A stretch of DNA of 64,000 bases, from positions 256,001 to 320,000 of the forward strand of contig CBDFIQ010000002.1 of NCBI GenBank assembly GCA_965248195.1, given 5' to 3'. Shown here piece after piece: positions 9,228 to 18,392 of this stretch. Source of the DNA: Longimicrobiales bacterium. GTDB lineage: Bacteria > Gemmatimonadota > Gemmatimonadetes > Longimicrobiales > Gaopeijiaceae. Below the pieces are notes generated by a model. It saw nothing but the letters and a program-made list of their open reading frames with translations, was not told the origin of the DNA and ran no database searches. Made by a program: the position numbers and the translations under genes. Each line of letters opens with the position of its first letter. The stretch's first letter is position 1.

Positions 9228-10676
9228 CTAGGTGCCGCAAAAAGTCTTGTGGACGATTTCTTCTGGTCGCGGTGGCGCTTCGAGATCAGTGTATTCGACC
9301 TGGTCAGCATAGGGCGCGGCTAGCGCATCGACGAGGCGGTGGAACGGGGCGAAGTCTCCACCGTAGGCGCTTTGGATGGCTTGCTCGACGCGGTGATTGC
9401 GCGGGATGAGGATGGGGTTGGCAGCGCGCATGTCAGCGAGGTGCTTGGCTGGGTCGGCTTCGCTACGCCATGTGGCGAACCATTTTTGAAAAGGCTCACT
9501 GCTGTGAAACATTGCCGCAAGCGTTTTCGAATCCTCTCCGCCGGCGACACGTGTGAGGTGACGGAAAAAGAGTGTAAAGTCGACCCGTTGGGTTTCCAGT
9601 AGATCGAGACACTCATTGATGAGCTCGACGGGTGCCTCAGGTGGGAGGCCGAATTTGACGCGGAAGCAGGCGATGTATTGGCCGCCGAATCGTCCAGGAT
9701 ATCCGGAAAGAGCGGCTTGGGCGATTTGGGTCGCTTCACCAGGATCCTCAGACAACAATGGCAGCAGGGTTTCCGCGAAACGCGTGAGGTTCCAGAGCCC
9801 AATGTCGGGCTGGTTGCCCCACGCATAACGCGCACCGGAGTCGATGGAGCTGAAGACGCACTGCGAGTGGAAAACGTCCATGAACGCGCACGGGCCGTAG
9901 TCGATCGTCTCCCCGGAAATGGCGGTATTGTCCGTGTTCATCACACCGTGGATGAAGCCAAGAGACATCCACTGGGCGATGAGATCCGCTTGGGCATCCG
10001 CGACCGACTCCAACAAAGCCACATAAGGATAGGGCGCTTCGGCGGCCTCCGAGTAGTGCCGCGCAATGGCATGATCGGCGAGCAGTCGCAAGGCATCGAT
10101 ATCGTTGCGTGCGCCAAAATACTCGAAAGTCCCGACACGAATGTGACTTGCGGCAACGCGGGTGAACACACCGCCGCGGAGCGGTCCTTCCGGGCGTATG
10201 ACGTTTTCGCCCGTGGCAACAGCAGCGAGCGCCCGTGTCGTGGGAACCCCAAGCGCGGCCATGGCTTCGCTGACAATGTATTCGCGGATCACCGGGCCGA
10301 GCGCAGATTTGCCATCGCCGCCGCGCGAGAATAACGTGCGCCCTGAGCCCTTCAACTGCAGATCGCGACGTGCGCCGTCCACGTCGATGACTTCGCCGAG
10401 CAGGATGGCGCGGCCGTCGCCGAGTTGTGGCGAAAATCCACCGAACTGGTGGCCAGCGTAGGCTTGTGCAATCGGCTCGGCGCCCTCGGGAATCGCGTTG
10501 CCCGCGAGCATCGCGACCCCGTCGGCCGATTGCAGTGAGTCAGTGTCGATCCTGAGCTTTGCCGCCAGTTCACGGTTGAGACGGATGAGCTTCGGTTCCG
10601 GAACACAGGCCGGTTCCTGTCTGGCGAAGAAACGTTCCGGCAGCTGGGCGTAGGTGTTGTCGAAGGGAATGTTCAT
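9228..10676 (-). CDS. selO: protein adenylyltransferase SelO/YdiU family
   Basis: YAGHQFG..QLGDGRA, QLKGSG.T.FSR.GDG, GFIHGVMNTDN, IDYGP, NP..IPRNH, C-terminal TFCGT. Confidence 0.95.
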   Translation of the reverse strand: MNIPFDNTYAQLPERFFARQEPACVPEPKLIRLNRELAAKLRIDTDSLQSADGVAMLAGNAIPEGAEPIAQAYAGHQFGGFSPQLGDGRAILLGEVIDVDGARRDLQLKGSGRTLFSRGGDGKSALGPVIREYIVSEAMAALGVPTTRALAAVATGENVIRPEGPLRGGVFTRVAASHIRVGTFEYFGARNDIDALRLLADHAIARHYSEAAEAPYPYVALLESVADAQADLIAQWMSLGFIHGVMNTDNTAISGETIDYGPCAFMDVFHSQCVFSSIDSGARYAWGNQPDIGLWNLTRFAETLLPLLSEDPGEATQIAQAALSGYPGRFGGQYIACFRVKFGLPPEAPVELINECLDLLETQRVDFTLFFRHLTRVAGGEDSKTLAAMFHSSEPFQKWFATWRSEADPAKHLADMRAANPILIPRNHRVEQAIQSAYGGDFAPFHRLVDALAAPYADQVEYTDLEAPPRPEEIVHKTFCGT

Positions 10677-11838
10677 CGAAGCGGGTTTTTGAGGTCCAGA
10701 CAACACCGAAGCTGAAGGCTCCCGGAAGCTAACCCGTCCTAACCGCTAGGAACCACCGGCCTCATCGGAAGCGACTGAGACAGGAAGGGTATCGTACGGT
10801 CGAGGGGGACATCGGTCCCCGCGCATCGTAGACCTCAGCGAGTTACACGGGCTATACTGTCTTGCCGAGCCTGCCTCAATCAGAGTTGAGCCCCTCCCAG
10901 GGGATAGCCTTTCTATCGTTTGCGCTCTGGACCGTGAATCGAGACTCGAAGTGTGCGTCTGATTCGTCAGCAAGGCGACAGTCCTCCGTGACGACCTCAG
11001 TGACAACAGCGCGGCGCTTGCAGATCGCGGGTTCGTCCATCGCGTTGCAGGATCCACAATCGAGGCTCGTCGAGCTCGATCGCTTCTTTATACGACGTTC
11101 TCGAAGCGTGCGAATGCCTTCTGCGCCGAGCCGGCCAACCCACACCTCTGCACTACGGCTGCAGCCACTGCTGCAAAAAGGGCGCCTTCTTTGCCGTCAC
11201 CCTCGTCGAGGCGCTGCGCTGGGCCCTGGCGATCGAGAGCACCGACACGTCCTTGTTGAACCAGGCCAGGACGCACGCGACGAAGCTGCTCGCTCGGCAG
11301 CAGCAAGTCTTCGCGGATGGCATTGATCCAGCCGATGTCCCGGGATCGTGTGACGAGGAGTCGTTTGGCTGTATCCATGGATCCTTCGTTCGCGATGGCT
11401 CACTTCAATATTGGGAACATCCATGAGGCGGAGGGCCGACTGGAGGAGGCGATTGGTTGCTTCCGGCGCGCCGTGGATCTCTCGGACAGGACACCCGTAA
11501 TCGTGAGCTGTCTCGGGGCCGCGTTGGCACGCGCAGGGAAGCCCGATGAGGCGCGCCCGATCCTTGAGGAGCTTCGTGCCCAGGCGGACAAGGGGGCGGC
11601 CCTGTCTGTGTGGATAGCCGCCGTACACGAAGCGCTCGGTGAGCGGACGGAGGCGCTGGCCGAACTCGAACGTGCTCTGGAGCAGCGAGAGCCGATTCTC
11701 ATAGGGTTGGACGCCCCATGGCTGCCGTTCACTTCACTTCGGGACGAGCCCCGGTATAGGAAGGTCTTGCAGGACGTGAGCATGCACTGGGGTTGGGGCG
11801 GAACCTGTCAACGACAATGGGACACTCTACGGGATTAA

Positions 11839-12846
11839 TTAGAGAGCAATATCCTGTGTGGTGAGGGAAGGGATGGGAGGATTGATGTAGACGGCCTCCG
11901 GGAGCGGTTTGGGCTTCGGCACACCTGTGACGAAGCGTTCGGGATGAGCGGCCCATGCTTCGCGGAGCACGGATTTCCTGCCGGCAATGACCTGATCGGC
12001 GTTCCCGAAGTGGACCTGCTCGGGGGTTAGCATCGAGATACCGCCATGGCGGTGCTCGGCATTGTACCAGCGGAAGAACGATCGACACAACGTCTTGGCC
12101 TGGCCCTGATCCCCGAACCGCCCGGGAAACGAGGGATGGTACTTCAAGGTTTTGAACTGAGCCTCGGAAAACGGGTTGTCATCCGACACCTGAGGCCGGC
12201 TCAACGAGCGAGTCACGCCGAGGTCAGCGAGAAGTTGAGCGGTGCATTGGCTCGTCATTGGAGCTCCCCGATCCGAGTGCAGGGTCAGGACCCGGGGCTG
12301 GACGCCATGCTTCAGGCAGCTCTGCTGGATCAACCGGCCGGCCAGGGCCGAGTTCTCCCGGTCCGCCACCATCCAGCCCACGACGTAGCGGCTGTAGATG
12401 TCCATGATGACGTAGAGGTAGTAATAGCTCCACTTCTTCGGCCCGAGTAGCCGCGTGATATCCCAGGACCACACCTGGTTCGGCGCCGTGGCCATCAACT
12501 CGGGCTTCTTGTACTCGGGATGGGTGCGCTGCGCCCGGCGTTCCTGAACCGGCACCTCGGAGGCCAGAACACGATACATCGTGCGTTCGCTGCACAGGTA
12601 GACCTCTTCGTCGAGCAGCGTGGCCACCACCTCGGCGGGTGAGCGGTCCACGAACCGCTCCGAACACAGCGTGTCGAAGACCTCGCCTCGTTCCGTCTCG
12701 CTCAATGCCCGGGCGGGCGTCGGGCGGGGCTGCCGTTGCCCGGTCGATGGGCCTCGACGACGGTAGAACGTCGATCGGGAGACCTCGAGAGCCGCGCACG
12801 CCGGTTTTACACCGACGTGCTTAGCCAGCTCATCGGCCGCCTTCAA
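11839..12846 (-). CDS. IS3-family transposase OrfB (rve/DDE)
   Basis: APNQVWSWDIT, DIYSRYVVGW, LHSDRG, DNPFSEAQFKTLK, WYN.EHRH. Confidence 0.93.
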   Translation of the reverse strand: MKAADELAKHVGVKPACAALEVSRSTFYRRRGPSTGQRQPRPTPARALSETERGEVFDTLCSERFVDRSPAEVVATLLDEEVYLCSERTMYRVLASEVPVQERRAQRTHPEYKKPELMATAPNQVWSWDITRLLGPKKWSYYYLYVIMDIYSRYVVGWMVADRENSALAGRLIQQSCLKHGVQPRVLTLHSDRGAPMTSQCTAQLLADLGVTRSLSRPQVSDDNPFSEAQFKTLKYHPSFPGRFGDQGQAKTLCRSFFRWYNAEHRHGGISMLTPEQVHFGNADQVIAGRKSVLREAWAAHPERFVTGVPKPKPLPEAVYINPPIPSLTTQDIAL

Positions 12847-13271
12847 GAGTTCGTCCCGTCGTCGAGGCTTATCCCCAGCAGCCCCGCAACTTTTCCCTGC
12901 ACGTCGATGATCAGGTGTGCCTTCCTGAGCTCATTCTCGAGCCGTGCGTTTTGCCGCTCCAGCTTGCGTACCTTCTCATCCAGCGGATTCCGCTCCGGCT
13001 TGCGGCCGCGTTTCTTCGACAGGGCCTTCAGCGACCCGCTATGCGCCGCCTTGCGCCACGTCGTCAGGTGCGACGAGTACAGGCCCTCGCGCCGCAGGAG
13101 CTGACCCACCTCGCCGGGCTCGGTGCACCGGTCCGCTTCTTCGACGATCCGCAGCTTGTACGATGGACTGAACCGCCGGCGTAGCGGCCTATCTACTACC
13201 TCCGGGTCCGCAGGAGCTGCCGCGCTTCGCTTGGCCTCCCCGATTCCAGGGGCACTACCATTCTCTTCCAT
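12843..13271 (-). CDS. IS3-family OrfA (HTH plus coiled coil)
   Basis: RRRFSPSYKLRIVEEAD..LLRREGLYSSHL..W; overlaps orfB by 4 nt. Confidence 0.88.
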   Translation of the reverse strand: MEENGSAPGIGEAKRSAAAPADPEVVDRPLRRRFSPSYKLRIVEEADRCTEPGEVGQLLRREGLYSSHLTTWRKAAHSGSLKALSKKRGRKPERNPLDEKVRKLERQNARLENELRKAHLIIDVQGKVAGLLGISLDDGTNS

Positions 13272-13395
13272 TCTCTCTCGCAGTCCCAACATGTTCGTTT
13301 TCTCTGCCTTCGCCCTACTCTAATTCTTTGCGTGCTCCGTGTCTCACGTACGTTGGCAGAGAGGGGGGCATGGACAGGCCAGATTGACTCGGCGG

Positions 13396-13426
13396 GGTCG
13401 TGGGTTCGAGACCCACCCGGCTCACT
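13396..13426 (+). repeat. 31-bp copy of the tRNA-Lys 3' end (internal att-like site)
   Basis: GGTCGTGGGTTCGAGACCCACCCGGCTCACT equals 8925-8955; the next ~120 bp resemble 8956-9080. Confidence 0.93.
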
Positions 13427-13548
13427 AGGCCGGGAGCCCCTAGGTAGGCGGGCTTCCGGCTTTTTGGTGTCGGTGGGGTAGGGCGAAAAATGGGGCTTTG
13501 GTACCCCAAGTGGTACCCCAAAAACTCGGGTTGCCTGGGGGAAACTCA

Positions 13549-13598
13549 CCGGTTTTCGAGACCGAACGGAGGTGTACCGCTAAGTACCTCTAAGGCCG
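13549..13598. repeat. 50-bp imperfect direct repeat containing the tRNA-Ser(CGA) anticodon arm; second copy at 16057-16106
   Basis: CCGGTTTTCGAGACCG-N7-GTGTACCG[C/T]TAAGTACCTCTAAGGCCG, 45/50 identical by manual count. Confidence 0.9.
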
Positions 13599-13822
13599 TT
13601 TACGGCCTGTTCACAACGATCTTCTCGCACTGCCTCTCCGGCGAAGTACCGCTAAGACCTTGTAAGGCCTTCTACCCGGGTAACGAATCGGGTAACGCGT
13701 CTACCTCTACTCGTGCGCCAACGCCCGAAGCGGACCCACCTGGCTGGCATGCCTGGCAGGCGAGTAGCAAGCCACCATCGCGTCGGCGACCATCGCGACA
13801 GGAACCCCCCAGCGCGATCCAG

Positions 13823-15198
13823 GGTCAAGTCCCGATTTGTGTGTAAAAGCGGAGGAAGCTCCTCGCCTTCGGCTAGGCTGCTTGGGCGACCTCCTGTTTC
13901 TGGAGGAGTGAGAGGTCGAGGTAACGCCGGTCGCCCCAGACGTGTGTGGTCCTGAGTGCGACGGCCGTGATGAGCCTGAGGGCGCTGGCCCGGTCCGGGA
14001 AGGCGCCGGCGGCCTTGATCCTGCGTTTGATCTCGCCGTGCAGCCGCTCGAGGCTGTTGGTGGTACGCAGCCGGGGCCAGTGCGCCTCGGGGAACGCGTA
14101 GAACTGCGTCGCTGCCCCGAAGCCCCGCTCCAGGACCTCCACGGCCTCGGGCAGCTCCTTCTTCCAGCGTGCGCCGAACTCGCCCAGGAGCTTCTTCGCC
14201 TCGGCGAGTCCGGATGTCTGGAAGATCACCGAGACCTCACGCGCCACGCGCTTGCGTAGGCGGTGGGGGACCCTCGCCCCCACATTACGCTGCAGATGGA
14301 CCGTACACCTCTGACGGCGTGCCTCGGGCAGGAAGCGGCGGACCGCAGCTGCCAGGCCTGCGTGCTCATCGGCGATCACGAGCTCGACACCGCCGAGGCC
14401 GCGGTCCTGGAGTTGCTCGAGGAGCTCCGACCAGCTCTGCTGCGACTCCTCAGCGCCCAGCGTGACGGCCAGGAGCCGTCGGTGACCCTCAGGGCCCACT
14501 GCATACGCCACGAGCGCACTCACGTTCTCGACTTTGCGGGCCCAGCGGGCGTCCAAGAACGTGGCGTCCAGGTACAGATAGGGGTGAGGCCCCTCGATCG
14601 GCGCACGGCGCAGCCCTTCCACGGCCTCGTCGAGCCGTTTTGCCACACGACTCACCGTCGAGCGCCCAACACGCTCGCCCATCAGCGCCTCGGTGACGTC
14701 GCCCATCTTGCGCTGTGACACGCCGCTCACATACGCCTCGACCATCATCTCGTCGAGCTCGGGGCTCCTGCGCTGGTAGCGGCCGATCACGTCGGCCGGC
14801 GAACCGTTGTCCCGGCTCCGGGGCATGGCGACCTCGATCTGCCCCAGGCTCGTCAGCAGCCGCCTCAGGTATGTGCCGTTCCTATGGTCCTTCCGGCTTC
14901 CCACCCGCTCGAAGCGGCGTGCACCTACCATGGCCTTCAGCTCCTCTTCCAGCACCATCTCGAGCGTCAGCCGGATCGCGCCTTGAAACAGCTCGCGCAA
15001 ATCATCGCGTAGCTCGTCTTGCGTGGCCCGACCGATCTCCACAATCTCTTGCATCGGAAGCTCCTCTCCGGTTCCGAGCCTGCTCTGCAGACCCGGACTC
15101 CCGGGTTCATGTGACAGTGAACAACAACAGAGGAGCTTCCGTTTTTCTTTCCCTCCTGTCCAGCTTATCCGCTTTTACACAAATCTAGGGACACTACC
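13823..15198 (-). mobile_element. IS256-family element, copy 1 (1376 bp)
   Basis: Ends GGTCAAGTCCCGATTTGTGTGTAAAAGCGG and CCGCTTTTACACAAATCTAGGGACACTACC; 9-bp TSD GCGATCCAG (13814-13822, 15199-15207). Confidence 0.97.
13873..15054 (-). CDS. IS256/Mutator-family transposase
   Basis: RNG.Y.R.L, YLYLDA, IADEH.GL, QRCTVH, RTTNSLERL.GEIKRR. Confidence 0.96.
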   Translation of the reverse strand: MQEIVEIGRATQDELRDDLRELFQGAIRLTLEMVLEEELKAMVGARRFERVGSRKDHRNGTYLRRLLTSLGQIEVAMPRSRDNGSPADVIGRYQRRSPELDEMMVEAYVSGVSQRKMGDVTEALMGERVGRSTVSRVAKRLDEAVEGLRRAPIEGPHPYLYLDATFLDARWARKVENVSALVAYAVGPEGHRRLLAVTLGAEESQQSWSELLEQLQDRGLGGVELVIADEHAGLAAAVRRFLPEARRQRCTVHLQRNVGARVPHRLRKRVAREVSVIFQTSGLAEAKKLLGEFGARWKKELPEAVEVLERGFGAATQFYAFPEAHWPRLRTTNSLERLHGEIKRRIKAAGAFPDRASALRLITAVALRTTHVWGDRRYLDLSLLQKQEVAQAA

Positions 15199-15354
15199 GC
15201 GATCCAGGGATCAAGGGCCTCCATTCCATAGAGGAGCCCTTCCAGCACCCCCATCAGGGGAAGCGAGACGCCGCACGGGTGTGTGACAACCGCATTGGCA
15301 CGCTGGATGACGAGCAGTGGGTGCCGCTTCTCCGAGATATGGAGCGGGGATTCG

Positions 15355-15903
15355 TCAACCTGCCGCGGCTTCACGCGCTTGGGCCGTGCGCGCTTCCCGC
15401 TGCCGAGTGAGGTGCGGCACAATACCTAACATCCGCTGGACCAGCATGACCTGGCCACGGTGATGCATCTCGTGCTCTTTCACCGATAGAATCAACTCGA
15501 ACCGGCTCTTGGGCGGCTGGGAAAATTCCGGTGGGAATGAGACGGTCTCGGCCAGGAACTCGTCGGAGACGCCATCGAGAAAGGTCGCCCAGATCTCGCC
15601 CTCGTCCTCAAGCAGCGCGAGCACCTGGCTCTTCGTTCGGGGTTCCGCTTCTTTCGCCGCAAGCTCGGCCATCACCGCCTGGAAGTCGAAGCCCACCATG
15701 CTGGACAGCTTCTCGACGGCGTTGACTTGATGCTGAAACCGATAGCCCAGCGCGATATGGGTCAGCATCTTCTCGACGCTTTTGCAATCCGGCGTCGGCT
15801 GAAAGTCGTACTTGTCTTCCGGAATGTCTCGCGCCGTCTCGAGGGTGTTCTTGCGAACGGTGCGAAAGCTCTGCGCGAGTTCCTTGGAGCCGTAATGGGT
15901 CAT
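15355..15903 (-). CDS. DinB-family protein
   Basis: LTHIA..HEMHHRGQ motifs; AGGAG RBS before ATG 15903. Confidence 0.88.
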   Translation of the reverse strand: MTHYGSKELAQSFRTVRKNTLETARDIPEDKYDFQPTPDCKSVEKMLTHIALGYRFQHQVNAVEKLSSMVGFDFQAVMAELAAKEAEPRTKSQVLALLEDEGEIWATFLDGVSDEFLAETVSFPPEFSQPPKSRFELILSVKEHEMHHRGQVMLVQRMLGIVPHLTRQREARTAQAREAAAG

Positions 15904-16016
15904 GCGTTCACTCCTGTTGAGGGAACGGATAATAGCACGTTCGGAGGCGTTTGTTGGCTTCCTGGCGTTCGGCTGTAGAAAAAGACCCCCCCAGGCCAAA
16001 GACCTGGAGGGCAAAG

Positions 16017-16073
16017 CGGAGCCGGTGGGATTCGAACCCACACACCCTCACGGGCGCCGGTTTTCGAGACCGG
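16017..16073 (-). pseudogene. 3' part of tRNA-Ser(CGA), attR-like fragment
   Basis: Minus strand CCGGT-CTCGAAA-ACCGG, long variable arm, GTGGG-TTCGAAT-CCCAC-CGGCTCC-G; no D-arm or 5' acceptor strand; followed by a hairpin and U-tract (about 15979-16012). Confidence 0.85.
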
Positions 16074-16105
16074 TCGGGCGTGTACCGTTAAGTACCTCTA
16101 AGGCC

Positions 16106-16902
16106 GGTATTGTCAACTTGAGCCGGCGTCAGCGAGACTTTGCGGATGAAAACGAATGCGAAGAGCTACCGCGGCTACCGGTTTCCTCCTGAGATCATCA
16201 GCCACGGCGTCTGGCTGTACCACCGGTTCGCCCTAAGCTTCCGGGACGTGGAAGAACTCCTCGCGAAGAGGGGGATCATCGTGTCCTACGAGACCGTCAG
16301 GCAGTGGTGCCGGAAGTTCGGACCGCAGTACGCACGGAGCCTCAAGCGGCGCCAGGGTCGGCTGGGCGATATCTGGCACCTGGACGAGGTCTTCGTGAAG
16401 ATCAGGGGCAAGCGCCACTATCTGTGGCGGGCCGTGGACCAAGACGGGGACGTGATCGACATTCTGGTTCAGCGGTATCGCATGCCCGCGCGGCCAACCG
16501 GTTCTTTCGCAAGCTACTGAAAGGGCAGGGGAGCAAGCCGTGGCGGGTGGTTACGGACAAGTTAAAGAGCTACGGGGCGGCACACCGCGCGACGATGCCC
16601 TCGGTGAATCACAACACAGTACGCTACGCGAACAACCGGGCTGAAGTATCGCATCAGCCGACGCGACAACGAGAGCGGCAAATGCGACGGTTCAAGTCAG
16701 TGGGTCAAGCACAGAGATTTCTGTCCGTTCACGGCGTTGTCCAGAATCTGTTTAACCTCGGTCGCCACCATCTCCGCTCAGAGAACTACCGCTTGTTACG
16801 GGCTCGTTCTTTCAAAGATTGGAGTGCGGCTACGGCTGCCTGAGCGATCTGGGCGGAGCCTCCGCTCCGGCTTCACCCCGGACCCACCAAGTTGACAATA
16901 CT
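16106..16902 (+). mobile_element. IS6-family element with frameshifted transposase (16146-16843)
   Basis: IRs GGTATTGTCAACTTG / CAAGTTGACAATACT; RFPPEII, WHLDEVF, YLWRAVD, TDKL.SY, NNRAE.SHQ; frame break near 16480. Confidence 0.93.
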
Positions 16903-16919
16903 CGGCGAAAGCCGAGCGG

Positions 16920-17843
16920 TCACTCAGCAACCCACACGAACGTGCCACCACGGTTCTCGAACTTGCCAAGACCCGGGAAAGGGAAGTGCACCGAGTAGAC
17001 GCGCTGACTGGAGCCGGCGGCGGAGGCAAGCACCGCTTTCCGGCTTTCCTGCGCCAACGGAGCGTCGCCATCGAAGGCGATGGTCCAGTCGGGTCGCTGC
17101 ACCGAAATCACCGAATGGTGCATCGTGTCGCCGATATAGAGTAGTGAGGCCTCGCCCGAGGTGATGAGGAAGCCAGAGTGGCCAGGCGTGTGCCCCTGGA
17201 TGTCCACGGCCTTGACGGTGCCCGGCACACGATCCGCGCCGGGCTCAAATGCCACAACCCTTGGACTGATCGCCGTCACTAGTGAGGCGAGTTGTGCGTT
17301 CGCCTGCATTGCTGCCCACTCATTGACCGAGATGTGGATGTCGGCGTTGGGGAATGCCAGCGCGCCGTCCGCGTCCACAAGCCCGCCGACGTGGTCGCCA
17401 TGGCTGTGGCTGATGAAGATGTCAGTCACTTCGGCTGGCTCGACGCCGGCGGTTGCCATCGATGCGGATAGCATTCCGGACGGGCCGTTGCCGGTGTCGA
17501 ACAGCAGCACGCGGTCGGGTGTGCGGACGATCAGTGGCTGGACACTGAGTTGGAGGACATCGGTCGCGAGGCCCGCCGCTGTCAGCAGGGCATCCACATC
17601 GGCCTTCGTCACGTTAATGGCGAGCGTCATGTTGTCGTTGGCTGGTGCGAAGGCGGCGTCTCTCAGTGACGCGGCCTGCAGCGAGCCGATCGCGAAGGAG
17701 GACACGTTTTCTCCCGCGCCAAAAGCGGCGATGGCTGCCGCCGCCGCTTCGGCAGTTTCAGCGGGAGCGGCTTCTTCTGTTGTCGGCGAGCACGCGGCGA
17801 GGCTCGCTACGAGCATGGTGACGATGGCTGTGTCGGTTCTCAT
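16920..17843 (-). CDS. metallo-beta-lactamase-fold hydrolase (OPHC2/methyl-parathion-hydrolase-like), lipoprotein
   Basis: SHSHGDHVGG, GHTPGH, GD..H, HFPFPG.G; lipobox LAAC. Confidence 0.88.
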   Translation of the reverse strand: MRTDTAIVTMLVASLAACSPTTEEAAPAETAEAAAAAIAAFGAGENVSSFAIGSLQAASLRDAAFAPANDNMTLAINVTKADVDALLTAAGLATDVLQLSVQPLIVRTPDRVLLFDTGNGPSGMLSASMATAGVEPAEVTDIFISHSHGDHVGGLVDADGALAFPNADIHISVNEWAAMQANAQLASLVTAISPRVVAFEPGADRVPGTVKAVDIQGHTPGHSGFLITSGEASLLYIGDTMHHSVISVQRPDWTIAFDGDAPLAQESRKAVLASAAGSSQRVYSVHFPFPGLGKFENRGGTFVWVAE

Positions 17844-18392
17844 GGCGGTGGTCTCTTGTGGGAGGCGCATCAACGCGCGTGGCGGATCTGGGAGGCTACC
17901 GGTCGGGAAACCCTCCCGTAGGTCGTGTCACCTAAGTGCCATCCGGCGACCCAACGATTCCTCTGGCGCTCAATCGCTGGGCGGCCTTCGAGGGCTGCGT
18001 TCGGGCGGATGATGAGGTCGCTCATACGCGCAACATAGTCTCTCTGATCCGGTTGTGCGCCACCCACACCGCCTCAGGACTGGCCATCAGTCACTACTAC
18101 CGAGAAGCCGCTTGATCGGTCGATCGAACATTGGAACAGGATGCCGTCGAGCCGGGGAAAGCCCCCTGAGTTTCTCCAGCACCTCCTCGTAGGTTTTCAT
18201 CGTGCGCGATTGGCCTTCGTAAACCCGATTTCAGAGTGCCACGGCACGCACCCGGGCGTCGGTGCCTGACCCGCGCCACACCGATGTTGTAGTTTGCCGC
18301 GAGAAACGCACGCAAGAAGACACCACATGCACCCGAAGGTCGGCCCGCCGCCGGGCCCCCAGGGGACAAAAGTTGTCAGCCGAGGTTCAGCT

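Larger units (their letters stand above)
11799..13365 (-). mobile_element. IS3-family-like element, copy 1 (about 1567 bp)
   Basis: orfA plus DDE orfB; same element at 23538-25104; flanked by G-runs consistent with a 2-3 bp TSD. Confidence 0.92.
11377..13387 (+). pseudogene. 3' fragment of a TPR-repeat protein, interrupted near its end by an IS
   Basis: TPR helices ending ..LRDEPRYRKVL; removing the IS (11799-13365) and its TSD restores ..HWGWGMDRPD-stop at 13387; N-terminus absent. Confidence 0.7.
13707..15280 (-). pseudogene. C-terminal fragment of an FtsX/ABC-type permease, split by IS256
   Basis: Joined flanks read ..LLYGMEALDPWIA/..VACYSPARHASQVGPLRALAHE-stop with one frameshift, a typical permease C-terminus. 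Confidence 0.65.

Noticed and set aside
15355..16041. N-terminal extension MGSNPTGSA.. of the DinB ORF
   Set aside because: It is a translation of the tRNA-Ser fragment; the RBS-supported start is 15903.
16017..16105. Intact tRNA-Ser gene
   Set aside because: No 5' GGAGCCG acceptor strand or D-arm upstream of the anticodon stem.
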